DNA of 60,843 nt, filler included, from Candidatus Woesearchaeota archaeon CG1_02_57_44 (GCA_001871415.1; 6 parts of 6 records of this genome joined end to end with filler, not necessarily neighbours in it); one strand, 5' to 3'; counted from the whole stretch's first letter, positions 39,279 to 48,412 are shown. Notes: generated by a model from the letters alone, not told the origin. A program made the numbers and translations.

Positions 39279-39285
39279 AACCAAC

Positions 39286-39319
39286 GGATACCCCTGCCTT
39301 CAGGCCGAGGAGGAGGTCA
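39286..39319 (+). mobile_element. IS200/IS605-like right-end hairpin remnant
   Basis: GGATACCCCTGCCTTCAGGCCGAGGAGGAGGTCA resembles the CCCC-GCCTTCAGGC-GGGG-AGGAGGTCA ends of tnpB elements. Confidence 0.5.
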
Positions 39320-39460
39320 TTGGAAAAATTCTGCCAAATTTAGATACTCTATTACTATGCTATTGCTTTTCCGCACGGCAATGCAATATCATCTGATAAA
39401 AAAATCAAAAATTATAAACTAATTAAAAAACTTATAAAATTAACAAAATCGTGACTAAAA

Positions 39461-40306
39461 ATGACTAACTCAAACATGGCACTTGTAGTATTCCAAAGCA
39501 AAAAAATACGTAGAACTTGGTTCAAGGATGAGTGGTATTATTCTTTGGTTGATATAGTGCAAGCTCTGACAGATAGTGTTAATTCTACTGATTATCTTAA
39601 AAAGCTTAGAAAAAGAGATTCTGAGCTTGGGAGCTACCTAGGGACAAATTGTCCCCATGTAGAAATGCTTACTGAAACTGGCAAGATGAGAAAGACTCTT
39701 GCAGGAAACACTCAGGACGCTTTCAGGCTTATCCAGTCCATTCCGAGTAAGAATGCTGAGCCATTTAAGAGGTGGCTTGCAAGGGTTGGAAAAGAGCGAA
39801 TTGACGAAATTGAGAATCCTGAGCTTGCTCAAGAACGGATGAAGGAGATTTATTCTGCAAAAGGCTATCCTAAAGACTGGATTGATAAGCGATTACGGGG
39901 TATTGCCATACGGCAAAACTTGACAGATGAATGGAAAGAAAGAGGCATTGAAGAGAAAAGAGACTTTGCAATCCTTACAGCAGAGATTTCCAAAGCGACA
40001 TTCGGGATGACGCCTTCAGAATACAAAAAGTTCAAGAATCTGCCAAAACAGTCAAAAGCAAACCTGAGAGATCACATGGACGACTTGGAGCTAATTTTCA
40101 CGATGCTTGGCGAACGAATAACTACCGAACTTTCTCAACAAGAAAAACCAGAAACTTTTGATAAAAGCAAAGATATTGCCAAAAGAGGCGGAAAAGTAGC
40201 AGGTAACGCAAGAATTGACGCTGAAAAAGAACTCGCCAGACCAGTCAGTACAAAGCACAACTATCTTTCTGCTACTGATAAAAAGAAGCTTAAAGAACTT
40301 AAATAG
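39461..40306 (+). CDS. Bro-N domain (antirepressor-like) protein, AT-rich
   Basis: FQSKKIRRTW..EWYYSLVDIV, RLIQSIPSKNAEPFKRWLA, KGY...WI, LTDEW, NLRDHM..LELIFTMLGE. Confidence 0.85.
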   Translation: MTNSNMALVVFQSKKIRRTWFKDEWYYSLVDIVQALTDSVNSTDYLKKLRKRDSELGSYLGTNCPHVEMLTETGKMRKTLAGNTQDAFRLIQSIPSKNAEPFKRWLARVGKERIDEIENPELAQERMKEIYSAKGYPKDWIDKRLRGIAIRQNLTDEWKERGIEEKRDFAILTAEISKATFGMTPSEYKKFKNLPKQSKANLRDHMDDLELIFTMLGERITTELSQQEKPETFDKSKDIAKRGGKVAGNARIDAEKELARPVSTKHNYLSATDKKKLKELK

Positions 40307-40384
40307 TAAAATTTTCGGTTTTAACAGCCTTATCTGAACATCCTTATATTAACATCTACAGGTTGAACGGAACACAGCATCCGC

Positions 40385-40397
40385 AAGATTTATAAAC
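40385..40397 (+). promoter_or_regulatory. Putative BRE/TATA promoter of the ribosomal-protein operon
   Basis: AAGATTTATAAAC upstream of rps13. Confidence 0.6.
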
Positions 40398-40511
40398 GAA
40401 CCCTGTTTTGCGGGGAAGTAAGCCCGAGTCGAAAGGCGTTCCCAGGGCGGACAATTCTGGGAATGTTCTTCGCGGATTCTGGTGACGTCAAAAACAATTA
40501 CGGCAAGAACC

Positions 40512-40958
40512 ATGGCAGAATACAGGCACCTCGTACGCATTGCCAACACAGACCTCAAAGGCGAGCGCATCATCGGTATCGCTCTCACCGGCATCAAGGG
40601 CGTCGGTCCCAGATTCGCCAAGGCGGTCTGCATCGCGGCAGGTATCGAGACTGGCAAGAAGACTGGCGAGCTCACTGACACGGAAGTCAAGCAGCTCGAG
40701 AAAGTGATTCTCAACGCGGACATGAACCTTCCCAAGTGGATGTTCAACCGCAGGAAAGACCCGGAAGATGGCCTGGATAAGCACCTCATCACCAACCAAC
40801 TCGTGTTCGCCAAGGATACTGACCTGCGCGACATGAAGAAGCTCAAGAACTATCGCGGTATGCGTCACGCATTCGGCCTGCCATCACGAGGGCAGCGCAC
40901 CCGCTCTAATTTCAGGAAGAACAAGGGCAAGTCCCTTGGTGTGAAGAGGAAGGCATAA
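40512..40958 (+). CDS. rps13: 30S ribosomal protein uS13
   Basis: RHLVRIANTDL, LTGIKGVG, PKWMFNRRKD, YRGMRH..GLPSRGQRTRSN. Confidence 0.97.
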   Translation: MAEYRHLVRIANTDLKGERIIGIALTGIKGVGPRFAKAVCIAAGIETGKKTGELTDTEVKQLEKVILNADMNLPKWMFNRRKDPEDGLDKHLITNQLVFAKDTDLRDMKKLKNYRGMRHAFGLPSRGQRTRSNFRKNKGKSLGVKRKA

Positions 40959-40959
40959 C

Positions 40960-41691
40960 ATGGGAGATCCACGAAGACTCAGGAAGGCATACGCTCGTCC
41001 GGCGCGGCCCTGGCACTCAGGACGCATTGAGGAAGAGAAAGCGTTGCTTCGTGAATACGGCCTGAAAAACAAACAGGAAATCTATAAGGCTGAGACCACA
41101 ATCAGGAATATCCAGCGTCAGGCAAAGCGCCTTGTCGCAGGTACAGGGCCACAGATTGAGCGCGAGACCCGGCAATTGCTGGACAGACTCACCCGCTACG
41201 GCATGCTCAAGCCAGGCCAGGACCTCGAAGATGTCCTGAACCTGACCAGCAAGAATCTCATGGAGCGCAGGCTGCAGACCATATTATTCCGGCAGCACAA
41301 GACGACCACCATGAAGCAGGCGCGTCAGGCCATCACGCATGGTCATGTGCAGGTCGCAGGTAAGAAGGTCTCTGTCCCCAGCTATATGGTTCCTGTCATC
41401 GAAGAATCCCAGCTTTCTGTCATCGGACTGACTGTGGCGGTCCCTGTCGAGGTCAAGGCGGTTCCTCCAAAGCAAGCCGCAAAGGAGGAGTCTGAGAAGG
41501 ATGCGTCTGCTGGCACTGAGGCAAAAGCTTCTGAGCCCGAGGAGAAGGTCGATCCAAAGAACGATACCAGATCCGCTAGCAAGGACTCTGGCAAGGACGC
41601 GAAGCCTGCCAATAAAGAGTCTCCTAAGAAGGAAGACGCACCTAAGAAGGACGCGTCAGTCAAGATAGAGGAGGCGAAGTCCGATGAGTGA
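40960..41691 (+). CDS. rps4: 30S ribosomal protein uS4 with long charged C-terminal tail
   Basis: [36 protein letters not shown]. Confidence 0.97.
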   Translation: MGDPRRLRKAYARPARPWHSGRIEEEKALLREYGLKNKQEIYKAETTIRNIQRQAKRLVAGTGPQIERETRQLLDRLTRYGMLKPGQDLEDVLNLTSKNLMERRLQTILFRQHKTTTMKQARQAITHGHVQVAGKKVSVPSYMVPVIEESQLSVIGLTVAVPVEVKAVPPKQAAKEESEKDASAGTEAKASEPEEKVDPKNDTRSASKDSGKDAKPANKESPKKEDAPKKDASVKIEEAKSDE

Positions 41692-42079
41692 GAAGGAACG
41701 CTGGGGCGTCTGCCATATCTACGCTTCCTATAACAATACCATCATCCATATCACAGACCTTACTGGCTCAGAGACCATCGCGCGCGCCACTGGCGGCATG
41801 ATGGTCAAGAGCGATAGGATGGAGTCAAGCCCCACCGCGGCCATGGCAGCTGCCAAGCGCGCTGCAGAAGAGGCCAAGGACAAGGGCCTGACAGGCATCC
41901 ACGTCAGGATCAAGGCGCCGGGAGGTCATAATGGACCTAACAACCCCGGACCAGGCGCGCAAGCCGCTGTCAGGGCGCTCTCACGCATGGGCCTTCGCAT
42001 AGGCATCATCGAAGACGTGACTCCCATGCCGCATGACGGTTGCCGAAAGAAAGGCGGTCGGCGCGGCAGGCGCGTCTAA
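41684..42079 (+). CDS. rps11: 30S ribosomal protein uS11
   Basis: [46 protein letters not shown]. Confidence 0.98.
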   Translation: MSEKERWGVCHIYASYNNTIIHITDLTGSETIARATGGMMVKSDRMESSPTAAMAAAKRAAEEAKDKGLTGIHVRIKAPGGHNGPNNPGPGAQAAVRALSRMGLRIGIIEDVTPMPHDGCRKKGGRRGRRV

Positions 42080-42094
42080 CGCACGAGGCGAAGA

Positions 42095-42865
42095 ATGGAC
42101 ATCAAGCCAATCAGCAAGGGAAGCAGCACCATGTTCCTCATCACAGGGACTGATCCGGCCTATGTCAACGCGCTGCGGCGCACCATCATCGACGAAGTGC
42201 CGACGCTCGCCATCGAGGATGTCGAGTTCAAGAAGAACAGCAGCGCGCTCTACGATGAGGTCATCGCGCATCGCCTTGGTCTGATTCCCCTGAAGACGGA
42301 TCTAGCCTACCAGGTCCCTGCCACTGAGGAAGAGAAGGAGTCACTCAAGTGCTCTGTCAAGCTCTCGCTGACGACGAAGGCAGCGGGCATTGTGACAGCG
42401 GACAAGCTCAAGAGCGCCGATCCGAACGTGGTCCCTGTGCATGAGCAGATGCCCATCGTCAAGCTTTTGCCAGGACAGCAGCTGCAGTTTGACGCGCTCG
42501 CGGTCATGGGTCGCGGCAAGGAGCACGCCAAGTGGAGTCCAGCGCATGTTTCCTATCAGGGTGTCCCAAAGCTGAGCATCAACAACAGCAAGATATCTGA
42601 CGCTGATGATTTTGTCAAGAACAGCCCCGCGCCGATATTCGATGCCAAGGGCGGCAAGGTCAGTGTCAATGAGGACGCGCTGCTTTCGCATGCGCAAGCG
42701 GCAGAGGCGCTCTCCGACTACAGTGAGGCGATCACGGTCAGCAGGTCTGACAAGGATTTCCTGTTCACGGTCGAGCCATTCGGCCAGCTCAGCGCCAAGG
42801 ATATCATGACAACGGCGCTTGACATCCTCACCCAGAAAATGGAGGCATTCAGTAATGCCCTCTGA
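42095..42865 (+). CDS. rpoD: DNA-directed RNA polymerase subunit D (Rpo3)
   Basis: NALRRTII.EVPTLAIE, NSSALYDE.IAHRLGLIPL, GRGKEHAKWSP. Confidence 0.95.
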   Translation: MDIKPISKGSSTMFLITGTDPAYVNALRRTIIDEVPTLAIEDVEFKKNSSALYDEVIAHRLGLIPLKTDLAYQVPATEEEKESLKCSVKLSLTTKAAGIVTADKLKSADPNVVPVHEQMPIVKLLPGQQLQFDALAVMGRGKEHAKWSPAHVSYQGVPKLSINNSKISDADDFVKNSPAPIFDAKGGKVSVNEDALLSHAQAAEALSDYSEAITVSRSDKDFLFTVEPFGQLSAKDIMTTALDILTQKMEAFSNAL

Positions 42866-42866
42866 T

Positions 42867-42950
42867 GCGGGGGTGGCAGAGTGGTCAAATGCGCTAGGTT
42901 GAGGGCCTAGTCCCTTAGTGGGTGCGAGGGTTCAAACCCCTTCCCCCGCA
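42867..42950 (+). tRNA. tRNA-Leu(GAG)
   Basis: GCGGGGG acceptor stem, CTAGG-TTGAGGG-CCTAG anticodon arm, long variable arm, GGTTCAAACC T-loop. Confidence 0.95.
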
Positions 42951-42983
42951 TAACAATCATCCATAAACAAGACGGAAAACACC

Positions 42984-43322
42984 ATGAGTACAACAGAACT
43001 AGTGCAGGAGCTTAAGAAGGCAGGGTCTGTCAATGACAGCGCCTTCTGGAAGCGCATCGCAAAGGACTTGGAGCGATCAGTCAGGTCCAGGCGTGTCGTC
43101 AATCTCAGCAGACTCAGCAGGAATACCAATCCCCATGATATTGTCATCGTGCCTGGCAAGGTGCTTGCCGCTGGCGCGTTGGCACACTCACTCACGGTCG
43201 CTGCTTACAGTTTCAGTACTGAGGCGCGAAAGCAGATTGAGCAGCAGAAGGGCAAGGCCTTGACCATCGCCGAGCTGCTCGCCCAGAACCCTAAGGGCGG
43301 CAATGTCAAGATAATCGGGTGA
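42984..43322 (+). CDS. rpl18e: 50S ribosomal protein eL18
   Basis: FWKRIA..L, VNLSRL, IVPGKVL, VAAYSFS, NPKG. Confidence 0.95.
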   Translation: MSTTELVQELKKAGSVNDSAFWKRIAKDLERSVRSRRVVNLSRLSRNTNPHDIVIVPGKVLAAGALAHSLTVAAYSFSTEARKQIEQQKGKALTIAELLAQNPKGGNVKIIG

Positions 43323-43329
43323 TTCTCCT

Positions 43330-43755
43330 ATGATACCACAAAACGCAAAAGTCGTGGACGCTGACGGGCAGGTGCTCGGCAGGTTCTGCACCAAGATAGC
43401 CAAGGCGGCGCTGCTGGGCGAGACCATCGCCATCATCAACGCTGAGAAGGTAGTCATCACGGGCAGCCGCGCGCAGAGCAAGGCGCGCTATGTCGAAGAG
43501 GTCGCCAAAGGCGATACCTTCAAGGGACCGTTCTTTCCGACCAGGCCTGATCTCGTGCTCAAGCGCACTATCCGTGGCATGCTCCCGTACAAGCAGGAGC
43601 GCGGCCGCAAGGCACTGGCGAGAGTCCGCTGCTATCTCGGTGATATGGGCGCGACGGTCGACGCGGACCTGATGAAGCGTGTGTCCTGCAAGAAGCCGGA
43701 CATCCGCAGCGTCTCTCTCGGTACGATATGCAAGGAAATGGGGTGGAACGGATGA
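43330..43755 (+). CDS. rpl13: 50S ribosomal protein uL13
   Basis: DADGQVLGR, INAEKVVITG, GPFFP.RPD..LKRTIRGMLP. Confidence 0.95.
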   Translation: MIPQNAKVVDADGQVLGRFCTKIAKAALLGETIAIINAEKVVITGSRAQSKARYVEEVAKGDTFKGPFFPTRPDLVLKRTIRGMLPYKQERGRKALARVRCYLGDMGATVDADLMKRVSCKKPDIRSVSLGTICKEMGWNG

Positions 43756-44135
43756 GTTCAGGAAAGCGCAAGAACGCCCATGCTCACGCGAGCATCGTCA
43801 AGGGCAAAGGCCGTGTCCGCGTCAATTCCTTCTCCATCGACCAGGTGCAGCCGACCATGGCGCGCCTGAAGATCATGGAACCCATCCTGCTCGCTGGCGA
43901 TGTCGCTAAAGGTCTTGATATCTCTATCCGCACCGAAGGCGGGGGCGTCATCGGCCAGGCAGAGGCGGCTCGCTTGGCCATCGGCAAGGCACTCGTCGAG
44001 CATGACGAGTCCCTGCGCGAGGTCTTCCGGGCATACGACAGGCACCTGCTTGTCGCTGATGTCAGGCAGCGCGAGCCACGCAAGCCCAACACGCATGGCA
44101 AGGCGCGCTCCAAGACGCAGAAGAGCTACAGGTAG
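43752..44135 (+). CDS. rps9: 30S ribosomal protein uS9
   Basis: SGKRK.A.A, GGGVIGQAEA, YDRHLLVAD.R, ARSKTQKSYR. Confidence 0.97.
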   Translation: MSSGKRKNAHAHASIVKGKGRVRVNSFSIDQVQPTMARLKIMEPILLAGDVAKGLDISIRTEGGGVIGQAEAARLAIGKALVEHDESLREVFRAYDRHLLVADVRQREPRKPNTHGKARSKTQKSYR

Positions 44136-44228
44136 CTGGCTCATTCAAGTCTGGGTCATTTTCTCTTCTCCTTCCTTTTCTATCCTATGCTTATTCTCGT
44201 CTATTGATTCTTTCCTCTTTCTTCATCC

Positions 44229-44366
44229 TTATTGCAAAGCACGGGGTTGAATACCCCGTCCTTCAGGACGTGCTTTGCAATTCAAAAATCCGCCTGCAAT
44301 GACGAGGCGCGGTAATACCGCGGCCTTCAGGCCGCGGTTAGCGCCGAGTGGTGGATTTTTGTTATT
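44229..44366 (+). repeat. Dispersed double-palindrome element, copy 1
   Basis: Matches 49779-49916 (reverse) and 60659-60794 with one substitution. Confidence 0.95.
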
Positions 44367-44544
44367 GGGCCCTTTCTTGTCAATCCGTCTTGGCGCGATG
44401 ACTGTCTTGGTTCACTGCGCCACGACAGGGCATGTTCACAAGTGNNNNNNNNNNNNNNNNNNNNNNNNNNNNNNNNNNNNNNNNNNNNTTAATTAATTAA
44501 NNNNNNNNNNNNNNNNNNNNNNNNNNNNNNNNNNNNNNNNNNNN

Positions 44545-44962
44545 ACCCCTGCGGCCCGTAAGGGCTGCAGGGAGGTGGACAAAGACCTGCTCAACCTTCC
44601 ATTCAGGCGGGCTTCGAGCATATTGCGCACGTTCGGGCTTCGCTGCCCAAGCAAGAGCGCACTGCATCATACAACGACAAAAGTGGCCAAGCTCCTCTGG
44701 GACATGCTCCTGGCAGCGACTAGGCCGAGGAACATCCGCAAGACCACCAAAAAAGGACACTACCGCAAGATAGCCCTCAAGGCCTTTCGCACCCGCACCT
44801 ACCACCGACGCGAACTAGCAAAAGCTCTCATCAGCGCCATAAAAAGAACCCTTGGCGGCAGCATACGCTGCCGCCGGGCGCGGACCATCCGCGCCGAGAT
44901 CATCAGGAAGTGCATCGTCTACAACGCATTCCTTATGCTCTACCGACTCTTAGGACAGAGCC
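44545..44962 (+). mobile_element. IS5-family element remnant with internally deleted transposase and intact right end
   Basis: ORF 44575-45000 joins an N-terminal-like segment (FGLRCPSKSALH) to the C-terminal YHRR...SAIKR.LG..IRCR...EI..K.IVYN motif; ends TTAGGACAGAGCC. Confidence 0.7.
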
Positions 44963-45278
44963 TCAGCAATCACAACCTGGTTATCAAACCAAAGCACTAG
45001 AAGATGTCACTCATTTGGATTACCCTTCACAGGAAGATAATCCGTAGTACACATCCATCGCCAGATCCGCAACGCTTCCGGAAATATCTTGCGCACATTT
45101 ACTAAGGACTGCTGCGCAATTGGCACTCATGCCAGGAGCCGCGGTTTCATTGCCTGTATTCGAAGACTATTCAGTCGATCTTCGGTTGCGTCAATTCAGA
45201 AAAATTGGCTTAAAGCAGCTCGAATTCATCGACTTTGCATCACCTAAAGGCCAAGTCCTGCTCAGCAGGTATAGAAAA

Positions 45279-47168
45279 TCACTTCATCCTTGATCTGACA
45301 TATCGCTCGACGTCCTTATCCACAAAATAGACATAGCAACCTTTCAATCCTCTGGACATCAACACGCGGTAAATATTCTTCACATACTCGTCAAATCGGC
45401 CTTTGCTCCGTTTCAGCATGGGATCAGCGGTTGCGTTCCTATCGCCGACAAGGCAATCATTCGCAGCGTCATATTTCAGGTCAGGCCCGACAATGACACC
45501 AACATAATCAAATTCAAATCCTTGCGCAGTGTAGATGCACCCTACTTGCTTGATACCTTCCGGTTTGTATGCCCACTCATACCAACGCACATAGCCCTTC
45601 GGAGGCGTCACCTTGCTATGCGTCTCCCAGGGCATGGCAAAATCTCCAATGCTGACATCTTTTACTAACGCACCATCAGCATCAAGCTTCTTGGACCATT
45701 TCCAGCAGAAACCCGCTGTCAAGCGAGCGTTCATGTCAGGCAAGGCATCTTTCTCAACAATAAGGCGATACAACTGTTCTGGTGAGTCAACAATCCTAAA
45801 CTCAAATGCATCTTTAGCCACATCATACATTATATTCTCAGGAGCATGACCAAGAATAGACTCAAGCCATGCGAGGTAATTATCAGAACCTGCACAGCGA
45901 AATTGGGACACTAGTTCGACCTCTCTGATCTCCCGTCGGTATTTCTTTGCGGCCAGTTTGATTAGTTCCACACTCCCGACATCCAGGAATCGAGTAGCCT
46001 GAAGATCGTCTATAAAGAAGACGGAAGTCTTGGCACATCGTATCAATTGATCTACCTGTGGCATATCCGTCCTATCCTGCGGCTTAGTGAATTGCATATT
46101 TGAGGAATTACCGATGCGATGCGCCTCATCCACAATCAACACATCCAGCTCTTCCTGCCCCATCCTTGATGGCACGAACTGATTAAGATTGCTGAAGAGC
46201 ACATTGGCATCCTTCCTGCGCACTTTGTATTTTATTGCCTCCAGAAGCGATTTGGATTTTGATGAAAAAAATACGCTCCTACCTTTCGCTGCGACATGGG
46301 CAAGGATATGCAATGCAATGACCGTTTTGCCGGTTCCGGGCCCACCTTTGACAATGATAACACTGGTCTCGTTATTCCTCTCAGCACTATGAATTTTTCC
46401 CAATATCTCATTACGTGCGAAAATCTGATCATTGAGCAATGACATATCACTTTGGTTGTCAATGATCTTTCCAGCGCTTTCCAGGAGTTTCTTGGATGGC
46501 TTAACCGGGGATTGCATGAATTTATTGAAGATATCCAGTCCTTTGCCTTCTGACAGTAGTTCTTTCAATCGTTCTGCAAGACGAAGGACATCATCATGCG
46601 TATAGAGGGGGAATCGTGTAAGTATCGGCTCGTATATTGGATCAAAGAGCCCCTCGCCGATGTTGCTACGGTAGTTATGACAATAAGCGCAGCCAATAAG
46701 GCCGATGTCTTTTGCTTCAAAGACTTCAACAAATCCAACCAGATAATTATGATAACCCTGAACCTGTTGCGACGGATGGGCTTCCTTTCGCATCCCCCCT
46801 CCGACATAGGTCTCAACAAAATTACCTTCGATATCAAGGGGCTCGACCTTTTCCCATTGCTTCATCTCGATATGAACAATGACCCCATGTTTCTTCGCAT
46901 TCGTACCAAAGAGCATGCAATCAATTCTTTTTTGTGTATACGGAACCTGATACTCAAATGCGACATGGACATCAGATAGTTCAGCAGATTCCAGCAGGTT
47001 CTTTATCTTATCTCCAGTCGCCACCCAGGAATTATATTCTGAATGCCCAGGAGTCCATCCGAGAGATCCGGAAAAATTATCACGCACTATATCAGCAAAT
47101 CTATTGAGCCTTACATCCTGAAAGAACTGTTCCTGGGGCGCGTCATAGATCATTTCGCGCACAATCAT
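45279..47168 (-). CDS. DUF2075 (Schlafen-group-3-like) nuclease-helicase
   Basis: N-terminal FEY...RID...IEMKQW PD-(D/E)xK-like motif, HPSQQ, GGPGTGKT, VDEAHR, SQFRC.GS, GCIYTAQGFEFDYVGV, NIYRVLMSRG.KG. Confidence 0.9.
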   Translation of the reverse strand: MIVREMIYDAPQEQFFQDVRLNRFADIVRDNFSGSLGWTPGHSEYNSWVATGDKIKNLLESAELSDVHVAFEYQVPYTQKRIDCMLFGTNAKKHGVIVHIEMKQWEKVEPLDIEGNFVETYVGGGMRKEAHPSQQVQGYHNYLVGFVEVFEAKDIGLIGCAYCHNYRSNIGEGLFDPIYEPILTRFPLYTHDDVLRLAERLKELLSEGKGLDIFNKFMQSPVKPSKKLLESAGKIIDNQSDMSLLNDQIFARNEILGKIHSAERNNETSVIIVKGGPGTGKTVIALHILAHVAAKGRSVFFSSKSKSLLEAIKYKVRRKDANVLFSNLNQFVPSRMGQEELDVLIVDEAHRIGNSSNMQFTKPQDRTDMPQVDQLIRCAKTSVFFIDDLQATRFLDVGSVELIKLAAKKYRREIREVELVSQFRCAGSDNYLAWLESILGHAPENIMYDVAKDAFEFRIVDSPEQLYRLIVEKDALPDMNARLTAGFCWKWSKKLDADGALVKDVSIGDFAMPWETHSKVTPPKGYVRWYEWAYKPEGIKQVGCIYTAQGFEFDYVGVIVGPDLKYDAANDCLVGDRNATADPMLKRSKGRFDEYVKNIYRVLMSRGLKGCYVYFVDKDVERYVRSRMK

Positions 47169-47533
47169 CGTTCTTCCTCCGAATATTTCCTATTCGACCC
47201 CTTTGCTAGGCTTATTGGATACTTTTGTGCATTGATCTCGATCTTGCGTTTAAGTTGCTTGGAAAGGTCTATATCGTACATCTGCGCCATGCGCAGCAGG
47301 AAGAACAGCACATCCGACATCTCCTCGGTGATGGCGTCGCGCTTCGCGGCGTCAGTGAACATCGCGTCCACCTCCGCAGGAGACCTGAAGCGGAACTGAT
47401 CCAGCAGCTCGGACCCTTCGGTCACCACACCGATAGCGAGGTCCTTGGCATTGTGGTACTGGTCCCAGTCGCGCTCCTCGCAGAAGGCCCTGACCAGCCC
47501 CTTAAGAGCATCAACTGTCGCATCCGAGTCCAT
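47165..47533 (-). CDS. MazG-like nucleotide pyrophosphohydrolase (dCTPase-like)
   Basis: F..ERDWDQYHNAKDLA, E..ELL..F, EEMSDV, KI..NAQKYP. Confidence 0.9.
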   Translation of the reverse strand: MDSDATVDALKGLVRAFCEERDWDQYHNAKDLAIGVVTEGSELLDQFRFRSPAEVDAMFTDAAKRDAITEEMSDVLFFLLRMAQMYDIDLSKQLKRKIEINAQKYPISLAKGSNRKYSEEER

Positions 47534-47637
47534 GACAGCTGTGCAGGAGCGGCAATTAAAAGGTTTTCTGCTATAAGCGCAATATCTACGGATATGAAGG
47601 CGCCCAGCATATTAGGCAGCATCTGTTCGACCCCCGC

Positions 47638-48111
47638 ATGCGCATCGAGGTTGATGTCAGCGGAGAAGACATCCTCAGCGTCCATTACTCCATCTGCGTC
47701 GCTGATGAGACTGGAGCCATACGAGGATACAAGATGAGCCAAGACACTGCCGCGACGCTCAGCAGAAGACATAGCCAAGAATGTTATCGCTACAGGAATA
47801 CCCTCAAGGGCACTGCGAACCTGAGAGTCAGACTTTACGTCATTATCGCGGCAAAGCTCATCAACAACCTGAAGCACGGTCCAATACACCTTGCCTTATG
47901 CAACGACTTTGACGGAAGACAATCAGATATCAGATCATCGCTACCAGACCTGCTCATAGAAAGCACCATACAGTCCATCAATTTCACTCAACTGAAAAAA
48001 GACTCACTAGCCCATCAGTATGCCTACCTCATGAGGAAAGACCGCCAGGACCATCTTCAATTCTATCTGCCGCTTTCCCTGGACGAAATCGAAAAACACC
48101 TGAAAAAATAG
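47638..48111 (+). CDS. Hypothetical protein, possibly RNase H-like fold
   Basis: IEVDVSG first-strand Asp, CNDFDG, SLAHQYAY; divergent from the MazG-like gene. Confidence 0.6.
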   Translation: MRIEVDVSGEDILSVHYSICVADETGAIRGYKMSQDTAATLSRRHSQECYRYRNTLKGTANLRVRLYVIIAAKLINNLKHGPIHLALCNDFDGRQSDIRSSLPDLLIESTIQSINFTQLKKDSLAHQYAYLMRKDRQDHLQFYLPLSLDEIEKHLKK

Positions 48112-48412
48112 GATTGCACCAAAGGACACGACGCAGCGTGCCGCAGCCCCAGTTTGCCCCCACGGACTGGCTACCGTGCGAACGCCCTGGCAGTTGGTAC
48201 AAGAAGATAAACAAAGTCGGACAATATATATGTTTCTACGCATGACCGATAGATCTCCGAATCAGCCGGATAAACATTCATTACTCCATAGCTAATGCGT
48301 TTGAGACAAGCCGCATCACCGCCCCCAACCAGGCGCACGCCACCCAATAGTTCACCACCACATAAGAATAACAAACCATGTATTTTTATATGAGCAGACT
48401 ATTCCAAGACGC

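Noticed and set aside
39161..39280. Hammerhead ribozyme in the three-way-junction repeat
   Set aside because: The CUGANGA/GAAA core is absent on both strands
39029..39422. ORFs across the tandem repeat
   Set aside because: Open in several frames only because the period is a multiple of 3 and the DNA is GC-rich; no protein-like features
40410..40490. Intact tRNA-Ser upstream of rps13
   Set aside because: D-arm-like and stem features exist, but there is no TTC T-loop, 7-nt anticodon loop or properly placed acceptor 3' strand
44275..44496. Identical peptide MQFKNPPAMTRRGNTAAFRPRLAPSGGFLL here and at 49685-49870
   Set aside because: Translation of the palindromic repeat from a TTG; no evidence of coding
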